Shown piece after piece: positions 24,994 to 34,830 of a stretch of DNA of 64,000 nucleotides. This stretch comes from Octopus sinensis (lineage: Eukaryota): the NCBI RefSeq assembly GCF_006345805.1, contig NC_042998.1, positions 124,310,001 to 124,374,000 of the forward strand, read 5' to 3'. The notes under the pieces are model-generated. The model was not told the DNA's origin. It did no database searches and worked only from the letters and a program-made list of their open reading frames with translations. Numbering within the stretch: the stretch's first letter is position 1; the number at the start of each line of letters is the position of its first letter. The position numbers were made by a program, and so were the translations under genes.

Positions 24994-25419
24994 ACTTTTA
25001 CTTGTTTCAGTCATATGGAGCACCGCCTTTAGTCGAGCAAGTCGGCCCCTGGACTTATTCTTTGTAAGCCTAGTACTTTATCGGTCCCTTTGCTGAACCG
25101 CTAAGTTACGGAGACGTAAACACACCAGCATCAGTTGCCAAGTGATGTTGAGAGGGACAAACACTGACACACAAACATACACACACACACACACGCACAC
25201 ACATACACACACACACACACACATATATACATATATATATATAAATACATATATACGACGGGCTTCTTTCAGTTTCCGTCTACCAAATCCACTCGCAAGG
25301 CTTTGGTCGGTCCGAGGCTATAGTATAGGACACTTGCCCAAGGTGCCACGCCGTAGGACTGAACCCGGAACCATCAGGTTAGTAAGCAAGCTACTTACCA
25401 CACAGCTACTCTTACGCCT
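24994..25419 (-). mobile_element. Full-length family-1 SINE: tRNA-like head, central domain, internal (TA)n(TG)n, tail ending GACTGAAACAAGTAAAAG
   Basis: B box GGTTCAGTCC; colinear with the plus copy at 63543-63965. Confidence 0.9.
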
Positions 25420-25918
25420 ATACTAACTGTAATAAAAATGTTTGGTGTTTATCCAAAATAATGAAATGATTACTAAGTTTCATGAGACAAACATTCATTG
25501 CCTTAAATTGTATTTAAATAAATCAAATTTCTCATTTGTATAACACCCCCTACAATTACTCTGCCATTTATTACCACTACTTACCTTCTGTCGCTCTTAT
25601 ACTTTCTCCCTCACTATGTGCGAGCTTGTATATTATTCTATTCATCATTGTTTGTCACCAAGCAAAGTGCGTGCTCTTATCCTGTACCACATATATTAAC
25701 ACATATTTACTCGCTCCGTGCGATGTGAAGCATGATTGGAGAATCATCTAACCAACCCATATATCAGTTATTACATATGCTTACGTGTGTCAGTTTTCCT
25801 GTGGGTGCGTGTGTATGTATGAACGTATGCTTGTACTAAGCATGCATATATACATATATCTATATCTATCTATCTATATATATATATATATATATGTATG
25901 TATGCATGTATGTATGCA

Positions 25919-25960
<42 letters not shown>

Positions 25961-27660
25961 GCAATACGTCCTTTGTAATATAAGCTATTGTTTAGCAAAT
26001 CATTATGTCCAGGAAAAGATCCAAACCCCTTATAATATATGAAAAGTAAAGTCTATTTGATATATGACAACCATACGAGCATATGCCTAACATTTCATTC
26101 AACTAAAATTAGATGGTTGTGTAAAGCATATTTTATTAATATTATTGAAAATTTTAAGACATTGTAAACAATAATTATCCGCTCTTCGTAAATTTCATCA
26201 ATTGACATCGAGGAAAGCTTAATTCAAGTATGATGTAAGAGATTCTGATTCAGTTATAAAATATTTTTTTTACAGAATTACCATTGTTATATGGAAACCA
26301 AATTTTCCAAAACAATCGACCAGTCAAGTTGAAAAATGTATCTATTATTGAAGTTTATAACATATTTACTTCATGGGAAGGAAATTTGATTCCCAAGATT
26401 AAAAGAATAATATTTAAATAGTTACATTAGTTTTGCCTAATCAGTTTCCTTTTCCTTTATGTCGCTTTAAATATCTTCTTTATTAAAGTATTGATTGAAA
26501 ATCACTTATATGAAATAATTGACAATATAATTGAATGTCTATTTATATTTCTATGCCGTTTTCAAGACTGTATTATATGAAACTTTAAGCTGTAAAAGAT
26601 TATTGATAATGTTGTTTCCTACTCGTGTAGGAAACTATTGTATCGGGAGAATACAACTAAGTGAAGCGCGTACTTTTATTCAAATCCATTTGGAATTGCA
26701 CAAAACAAAATTATTTGTAGCAATTTAAACAATACATTTTGCTACTAGAGTGCTTTCTTTCAATAACCAAACGCTTGCCACGTTGATTATACTATCAGAT
26801 TTTCCAATCCTTTCAACAAAGGGAAATATCTGTACAGTTTTCCTTTATGATATAAAACTCAGACATGCCGGCTGCTAGGTTTGTCACTGTATGGTAACAA
26901 GTAAACTAGAACAGTTAATTCTATAGTAATCCTATATATAGATACAATTCTTCAGAAATATTCATGAATTTAATAAGTAGTAATTTCATATTTGTATTAA
27001 GTGTGTATATAATTCTTTCTACTATAGGCACAATGCCTGACATTTGGAGATACTAGCCTATTAGATCGATTCTTAGCTGGTACGTATTCTTTTGATGGCC
27101 AAGAAATTGAAAGGCAAAACCAACTTCAGTGGGATTTTAATTCAACGAAATCTGGAAGAGATGCCGTTAAACATTTTGTCCGACACGATAACTATTATAT
27201 CAGATCGCCATAATTAACATATGTCCCACATATAAAGTATACTTTCTGTTTTTACTATATTTATGTATGGATGAAAATACTCTAAATATCTTACATAGTA
27301 GCTTTAGCGTTGAGTAGATTATATTTTTCATCTCGTATGATAGGAAATTGAATAATTTAAGACGTGTAGAAGAGGGTCGTTTAAGAAATTAATGCGATAG
27401 ATGAGATCAAGTGACTTCCAACGAAAACAGAATACTTGATAAAACCTTATGTATGTATGAGCTAAATTATTTTGTATGTATACGTATTAGAAATAAATAA
27501 TGCAATCTTTCGTTGGCCGAAAAGAATGCGCCCTTACCGTAATATAATAAAACAATAATATAATGCTATTTTTCATAGTCTATATTGTATACATCTCAAA
27601 TTATCACTTTAGTGGATAGAGATGAGGATGAAAGAAAAAAAGATCATTGCTAAATAAAAA

Positions 27661-27724
<64 letters not shown>

Positions 27725-27851
27725 ATACATGTATCTATACTTGTATATGTAAAAAATATAATATAATATATATATATATATATGTATGTATATACATGTA
27801 TCTATACTTGTATATGTAAAAAATATAATATAATATATATATATATATATA

Positions 27852-28149
27852 TCACCATGATCACCGTGACCGACCAGGCTATCAGATGTTGCCTCACATC
27901 GCTGGTCACAATGCGCTTCGCATTGTTTTAGCCTTCAAATGACGCCACCCCGCTGGCTAAGCGAGCAGGCCAACAGAAGAAAGAGTGAGAGAAAGTTGTG
28001 GCGAAAGAGTACAGCAGGGACCGCCGCCACCCCCTGCAAGAGCCTCGTGGAGCTTTAGGTGTTTTCGCTCAATAAACACTCACAAAGCCCGGTCTGCGAT
28101 TCGAAACCGCGATCCTACGACTGCGAGTCCGCTGGGCCATTGCGCCTCC
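27852..28149 (-). mobile_element. tRNA-derived SINE, family 3 (GC-rich)
   Basis: Head GGAGGCGCAATGGCCCAGCGG.. with B-box-like GGTTTCGAATC. Lies between (TA)n and (CA)n. Confidence 0.75.
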
Positions 28150-28180
28150 ACACACACAAACACACACACACATATACATA

Positions 28181-28403
28181 TTCTTCATTTTGGGATTTGG
28201 CTTGCAAAATTCTTTATGTGTGTTCGTGTGTTGAAGCATATTCTGCTGTCTGGGGAGAGTCATTTTCTTTTTGTGCCTCATGATTTAACACACTCACCGG
28301 TAAAATTTCCACTAGTTTCTTATTTTTATTTTCGTAAACTCTTCGTTGCGTCTTGCAACCTTTTCAGTAGTCTCGACTCTCTCCGTTATTTACACTGCGT
28401 TTC
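28181..28403 (-). repeat. Unclassified ~220-bp dispersed repeat, copy 1
   Basis: Aligns with 63310-63507 (shared GAACGCAGTGT, TTGCAAGAC.CAACGAA, CTCCCCAGACA, GAATATGCTTCAACACACGAAC). Confidence 0.8.
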
Positions 28404-28620
28404 TTTTTGTTTGTTTGTGCGCATGTGTGGGGGTCAGTGTGTGTGACTATGCATGCATGCATGCATGTACGTATGTATGTGTGCGTGAGCGTATGTCTGT
28501 GTGTGTGTCTGTGCTTTGCAACTATCTAGTATCTTTTTATATATGGATGTGTATCTCTATATGTGTGGACTCGTGTCTCCATATGAGTCCTTGCGTGGAG
28601 TAAAGTGTATATATATATAT

Positions 28621-29295
28621 AGTATAGAAGACCTGAGACAAACAAAACCAAAAAAGAAAGAACAATTAAAAACCCTTCCCTACATCTCTACACACAACCC
28701 ACTCAACAATGAGGCCTTCAACACCATACTACAAAGCACAGCCCTACTAAAGGGAGACCCAAAGATGAACCGGATCCTCGAAACACACACCATCATTAAA
28801 AGTAAACGGCAACCAAAATCCTTGAAAAGGATTTTAACCCAAGCTACACTGCACTCAACATCAACCACAAAACCAGCAGTTAGAAAATGTGGAAGGCCCA
28901 ACTGCGGAATCTGTGTCATCTTGAAAGAAGGATCAGAATTTATACTGGAACAAGGCCACCAGTTCACCATTAGAACAAACTTCACCTGCGCATCAGAAAA
29001 CTTAATTTACGTCATAACATGCGCAGGCTGCAATAGGCAGTATATAGGCCATACAAAAAATAGCTTACGTAACAGGATGGCGGTGCATAAATCACAAATT
29101 AGAAACCCTGATTACCGGAAAATACCGGTCAGCGGACACATAGATAGATGTGCTGGAAATGTAAATCCGAAATTTACAACTAACCCGCTCTATAAATTCA
29201 GTGACAACGCAACCTTCACGCAACGCCAAAATAAAGAACTGTATTTCATAAAAAAATATAGACCAAGTTTAAACACCCTGGGCCAGGAATATTAA
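28621..29295 (+). CDS. PLE ORF C-terminus: RT thumb/linker plus GIY-YIG endonuclease (uninterrupted)
   Basis: LPYISTHNP, CGRPNCGIC (Cx4Cx2C), NLIYVITCAGCNRQYIGHT..RMAVH..GHIDRC, KELYFIKKYRPSLN. The first 40 codons of track ORF 28501-29295 are flanking repeat. Confidence 0.92.
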   Translation, partial: SIEDLRQTKPKKKEQLKTLPYISTHNPLNNEAFNTILQSTALLKGDPKMNRILETHTIIKSKRQPKSLKRILTQATLHSTSTTKPAVRKCGRPNCGICVILKEGSEFILEQGHQFTIRTNFTCASENLIYVITCAGCNRQYIGHTKNSLRNRMAVHKSQIRNPDYRKIPVSGHIDRCAGNVNPKFTTNPLYKFSDNATFTQRQNKELYFIKKYRPSLNTLGQEY

Positions 29296-29486
29296 AACAA
29301 AAGATAGGTCCTCCGAAAAGGAGAAGCAAAATTCCACCACGGCCGCTACCTTAAACAGTCACTCGCACTGACGGAAATATGCCTTAGGAAAAAAGGGAAA
29401 AAAATTTATAAAAATATTTCTTCGTACAAATCTAACCCTGATGGACTGACCACATACGATACAGCTAAGGGTCAGACCCGATTCTG

Positions 29487-29876
29487 ATTGGTCAACACGT
29501 TGATGACGTCTAGTTCTGCTAGACTGGACAGGATACAGACAAGGGGCAGAGATTAGTCAGAATATTGATGACGTCCTTTTCTGCTTGACCAGTCACCTAA
29601 CAAGATACAGACAAGGGGCAGATCTAATACAGCTATAAGTCGTGATTGGTCAGAATTTTGATGACGTCCCGTTCTGCTTGACTAAGCCACCTAACGAAAC
29701 GATTGGTCAAAACAGGATACAGACAAGAGGCAGTTATAATACAGCGATAGGTCACGATTGGTCAGAATGTTGATGACGTCCCGTTCTGCTTGACTAAGCC
29801 ACCTAACGAAACGATTGGTCAAAACGTTGATGACGTCACGCTACGCTGGACTGACCACCTAACAGGTGTTATAAAA
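29487..29876 (+). promoter_or_regulatory. Array of five inverted-CCAAT/CRE modules followed by a TATA box (candidate PLE promoter)
   Basis: ATTGG at 29487, 29552 (ATTAG), 29645, 29757 and 29814, each exactly 14 bp before TGATGACGTC (29501, 29566, 29659, 29771, 29828). Perfect TGACGTCA at 29831-29838; TATAAAA at 29870-29876. Confidence 0.65.
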
Positions 29877-30180
29877 CCCGAACAATTCACAAGATTCGCC
29901 AGAATCATCCAGCGAACACCCACCATAAGTCATCACAGTTGCTCAAGGTAAAAATGAATTCCTCGCTCTTTCAGGAACATCAATTTTTTATATTGACTGC
30001 ATTCCACCACTTTGATCTATTTTTTATATTGAATGCATATCACCACCACGAACCACTGCATCATACACTTTAAACATATAGCATGAACGAACTCACTTCA
30101 AACTATATATGAACTTTATGATGTCTGACTCCATTGTGTATTATAAATGAATTTCTTATATTTGATAGCATGAACTATCT

Positions 30181-30256
30181 TTTTTTATATATAACTTTTT
30201 TTGATAAGGTTCATTTCAGGAACTGAAACATGTTATAATGTATATATAAAAATAAA
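30181..30256 (+). ncRNA. Degenerate type I minimal hammerhead ribozyme in the PLE pseudo-LTR
   Basis: Core TTGATAA (30201-30207, U3:A8 variant of CUGANGA), stem II GGTTC/GAACT with loop ATTTCAG, GAAA (30225-30228), palindromic stem III ACATGT, and an imperfect stem I pairing 30182-30200 with 30235-30252. Confidence 0.6.
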
Positions 30257-30335
30257 AAATTGTATAATATAGCAGCATTTTCGAACTTCATTTTTTACAA
30301 ATATATACCTACACGTATACCAGCTAATCCTATTT

Positions 30336-30404
<69 letters not shown>

Positions 30405-30406
<2 letters not shown>

Positions 30407-31906
30407 TGAACTACAAATGAAACGTCATACTGTACAAGATTATTTGTTTCACACACAAAATCGAGATTATACGAATTTTATCGCATTTCTAGATAATTCA
30501 ACATCAGGAAGATGTCACTAACCCATAACTCCAATCTCTTTTGAAAGCTTAATGATTGCATGCGGGGTTCGAACTCGCACATTTTTCGCGAACATGGTGA
30601 TGCTCGGGAACCCATCTTTATGAAAAGCATGATGCACGTTCAAAACGTTGACTTATTGGGTATAAAAGGCACCCAAATTTACCAGCCTCTCATTCGTTTC
30701 CCGAACACAACAAGCATGCCAAAACTGGCACCAAATCAGAGGGAGCAAACCATCGGACGTTTTCATGCTGGTCAACGTCCATGGGTCATTGTTAATACTC
30801 AAACTGCAGTATTCGGACAATTGAACGGCTGAGAGTATGATACAATGCCACAAACAACAGGGAAAAATCATCCACGCAGTGGCCAGCTGAGGATTGCAAG
30901 GGCACGTTAAGATCTCCACCTGCACCGACAGTACTTGCAGGACCGGTTTCGGAAGGCCACAGAATTAGCTAAGCGGACCATAGGGATTCACCACAGTTCG
31001 CCGCTGGCTGAGATCTTTTAATCCGTCTTCTTGACGTCCGGCTAGGGGTCCCATCCTCACAGATTGTCACATATAGGCACATCTGCAGTGGACTCAAAAC
31101 ATCAGAACTGGCGATATCATTGGTGGAGGACAGTAATCTTCTCTGAAGAAAGTCGATATTGGCAGATGGCAGAGCTAGGGTATGGAGAAGAAAGAGTGAA
31201 CGTCATGTCGATGGCTGTGTGGTTGAACTAGACTCATGGGGAGGACAGAACATGATGGTATGGGGCGGGATTGCACTTAACCAGAAACTTGGACCGGTGA
31301 TCTTCCTAAACATCGGCCAAGATCGGGGCATTGGAGTAACCGCTGCTCAGTACATCGACCAGGTGTTGTAAGCTCGCATTGTGTCATAATTTGCCCGTCA
31401 TCGGAATCACGTGTTCCAACACGACAACGCTCGTGTCCATACTGCGAGTTTGACAACAGACTTCCCCCGACTACACAACATCTAAACACTGCCATAGCCG
31501 GCCCTAACTCCAGATTTGAACTCCGTAGAAATCCAACCCCAATCCAAAGAAGGCTAAATGACATCGTCCAAGGCCGACAACTGCAGCACAACTCACTGCA
31601 AGTTTAAACAGTGTGTGCGCTGCTATCCTCATGGCCTTCATAAATCGTTTGGTGCATTCAATGTACAGAAGATGCCTGGTGGTAATCAACATTAATGGTG
31701 GTCACATGAGATATTGAGTTTTTCTCTTTAGATCCTAGACAATCCGTCATCACGTGACACCATGTGACGTCGAACATGTTTCAGGAAATGGCGTTTTATC
31801 ATTAGGAAAGAACGGTTTCTTAATTAGTATTCTTCAATCAATGCTCTGGCAGTCTGTTAATAAACCGGTTTCTGTTTAGTGCGAAGTTTCTTTTTTGATT
31901 TAGTTT
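30405..31906 (+). mobile_element. Tc1-like DNA transposon, decayed, roughly full length
   Basis: Pseudogene 30716-31717: MPKL..REQTIGRFHAG, VIFSEES, RVWRRK.ER, MVWGGI, FQHDNARVH, PALTPDLN, GGHMRY*. Weak TIR similarity; TA-rich flanks. Confidence 0.85.
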
Positions 31907-33649
31907 ATATATATAATTTATTTTATGAATCCTGTTCCAAAGAATAATTTCCTGTTATGCTATTTAATATACTGAAACAATAAAAAGAAATTCATTAGAT
32001 TTAAGAAAGTACAATAATTATTTTCATAGCATCCTTTATTCTTCACATTCGAAACGGAATACTATTTCCAGTCGTAAGCCTTCTGAATACGCTATTAAAT
32101 GTATGAATTCCATCAATGGAACAGCAAAAGCTTACATGAGAAATCTGCGACACGACAGAATACAAAGAAAAGTAATATTGCTTTTTGATGACAACGTTCC
32201 CAGAAAAGGCATAGATTCACGTGAATCTACATCATTCTACATTTTAACTAAAATCTAACCCTGAAAATATTTAATTTTACAATGAGATCGTAGATGAGAT
32301 ATTTTAATATTAAGGGTTGATGGGAGGCTATCGATGAATAGGCTATTTTTACTATATATTAATACTTCTTTTCAGAGATTTGGTAGAATCGTTAGTCCAT
32401 CGGATAGAATATCTTGCTGTATTTGTTCCAACTATCTGCACTCCTAGTTCAAATCCTGCAAGTCAGTTTTATCGTTCTTACATTAGTGGCTTATAAAAAC
32501 GTACTAATCTAACACAGGTTATTAGCTGAATTGAAAGAACGTCAGAGTGAGTCCTTTGACTATTTGTTATGAATTATTTTGTTCTGTATTTCCAATCTTT
32601 CCATAACATAATTAAGCCATAGAGTTTCCCGCCCCACCCCCGGTTTAACCACACATCCTGACGTTTCAAAAGCGTTCACTTTTACGAGCATTCGAGTCAG
32701 CTCTCCGCGTTTAGATTACCTCACTCAATAACAATAGTCTCCCTGTAAAGCATCGTGGAAAATGCCTTTTTCCCATGACTAAAGGATAAATTGTAGTAGG
32801 GATAGTATACAATTATGAGTGGAAAAATATGCAAAAATTTGTCGTTGTATAGCACCCAGGATAGTTGTATAGCATCAAGGAAAGGAATGATAAAAATATT
32901 TCGGCCGTCACAGTCTCGTCTTATTTTCTGGTTTCATATGACTACAAGTACATTTTCACATGTGGTAATTAGATGTGGCTTTTTTTACAACTAGATGACA
33001 GAATCACAGGGATATTTATTGCACCAAGTAAGTCAAACAGCCAATTAATACAAGATTAATGGCTGACTTTAATATCTTACTGGTACATATATACAATCCC
33101 ACAGAGTAATTTGGAGAAGCTTTTTCTCCCCATTCACCTACCACTTTCTCTAAAGAACCGACACACCTCAAGTATTGATCCAAAAATAAATTAAGGGAAG
33201 ATAACAGTTTTAGTATAGAAACATTATGAGGAACATTTTGTAGATGTTATTATGTGTGATTTCTCTATCTTGATTACTTTAATTTACTTTTGGTAATTAA
33301 AGAAATCTCTGATATCGCAATATAAGAATTGAAAAAAAAAAATCAGTGCTGCAACAAAACAAAAAAAAAATTGGCAGACATTACTTTCCTCTTTTCATTC
33401 TTGAATTCACAGTAGTATACTTTTGTAAATACTTAAGTTATATTTTATTTATATGTTGTCTATCTCTCCCTCTCTCCCTCTCTCTCTCTTACACACATAC
33501 ACACACACACTCACATACACACAAACAAACACACATACACACGAAGACGCATATACATCTAAGTATACACATACACTCAAACGCACACACATACCTGTAC
33601 ATAAGGTAATAAATATTAAAGAAGAGAAACAGAGAGAAATTACAAACGT

Positions 33650-34300
33650 CTGGCCCAAAATTCCCATGCACATACGTACGATGAAACAGACAGCCACAAA
33701 AATCAAAGCACAAACAATCAGCCAAACTTATACGTACACTACAACACAGAGACATTTATACATTGATAAATTCAAAATAACGTTTGGTCAAAATACTAAC
33801 ACACATATAAACACACTGAACAATATATGTTAATAGATATAAGAAAACCAATCTTAGACGACAACGCATACACATACACACGCAAATAATCGCAATTACA
33901 ATTCAAGTTACAAAACACCTGCTCACAACTGAAATAAACAAAGAAAAATTAATTAGTTTAAGAGACAAGTTCAATAAGCTACACCAAACTTGTCATAAAG
34001 AAACATTCAAAACCTTCGTACTTGACCAAAAATAAAATTCAAAGAGAGTTTTTTAAAAACTCTACACGTTCAAGAAATGCTATTGGACACTTCAAACGTT
34101 TTCCGTAAATAATTGTTTTTAAGTTGTTTAGCAAAACAAAATTACAAGACATATAATAAACTACACACGCAAGCAAACTCATCTCAAAAACATCCATAGC
34201 ACTGACCAAAACAAAAACTACCACCAGAAAAGAGAAAAATGTCCTCAGTGTTTCTAAACATAGGATACGTACCAACCCAAACTTAATTAAATAACACGCC
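33650..34300 (+). pseudogene. Possible very old PLE endonuclease remnant
   Basis: A/C-skewed segment with frames giving HLYIDKFKITFGQ and ending YQPKLN*, reminiscent of the PLE YIG and P.LN motifs. Many stops. Confidence 0.25.
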
Positions 34301-34669
34301 AACAGTTTTTTATTATATTAGCAGAGAAATGAAATATGCAACGCAATAAAGATAAAACAATACAAATATAACACCAGACAAATCCAAAACACAATTCTTC
34401 ATCAACAAATGCCAGACCACAAAATATTATGAAGGATGAGATATGAAAATAACAGCCAATGAACAGTCGTGTAAAGCAGACCAAAGGTGAAGGCAAGAGC
34501 CCATTCCTACACCAATAAAATATGTTTGGTGATGCAAAAGGAAAAGTTGAACTGAAAATATAAGTATGCGGTAACGCACGAAACTCTCTGCCCCCAAATC
34601 ATTGTGTTACTTCTGCCATATATTGGTTTCAAATTTTGGGACAAGTCCAGCAATTTTCGTGGAAGGGAA

Positions 34670-34830
34670 ATGGGACTTCATCGATCCTAGTGTTTAACTG
34701 GTACTTAGTTTATCAACCCCCGGAAGTATGAAAGGAAAAGTAGACCTAGGCGGAATTTGAACACAGAACGTAAAGCGGCTAAGCATTTTACCCGATGATC
34801 TAACGTTTCTACTAGCCACCTTACTTTTGC
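34670..34830 (-). mobile_element. tRNA-derived SINE, family 2, degenerate
   Basis: Reverse complement of the GAGTTCAAATTCCGCC..CTTTCATCC..GGGGTCGATAAA..GTACCAG core. Confidence 0.7.

Larger units (their letters stand above)
28621..30320 (+). mobile_element. Penelope-like element (PLE), 5'-truncated, with 3' pseudo-LTR; Neptune-type endonuclease
   Basis: GIY-YIG ORF followed by ~1 kb of non-coding sequence with promoter motifs and a hammerhead relic. Bounded by TA runs at about 28607-28621 and 30339-30405. Confidence 0.88.

Noticed and set aside
28085-28149. SINE heads as tRNA genes
   Set aside because: The cloverleaves are incomplete and each head continues into a SINE body.
28330-28380. 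Hammerhead in the 220-bp repeat (minus strand CTGAAAAG..GAAG)
   Set aside because: There is an extra base before stem II, GAAG instead of GAAA, and no consistent stem III in either copy.
28501-28620. N-terminus of the 264-aa ORF as a real start
   Set aside because: It derives from flanking (GT)n/(TA)n sequence. PLE-like residues begin only at about 28621, so this is a 5'-truncated copy, not a domesticated gene.
29470-29860. CRISPR-like array
   Set aside because: The inter-repeat sequences are themselves related, unit lengths are irregular, the context is eukaryotic and there are no cas genes. The 18-mer repeat at 3211 has no spacers either.
32627-32665. GC box plus half-CRE as a promoter
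   Set aside because: Isolated short motifs with no supported adjacent exon.
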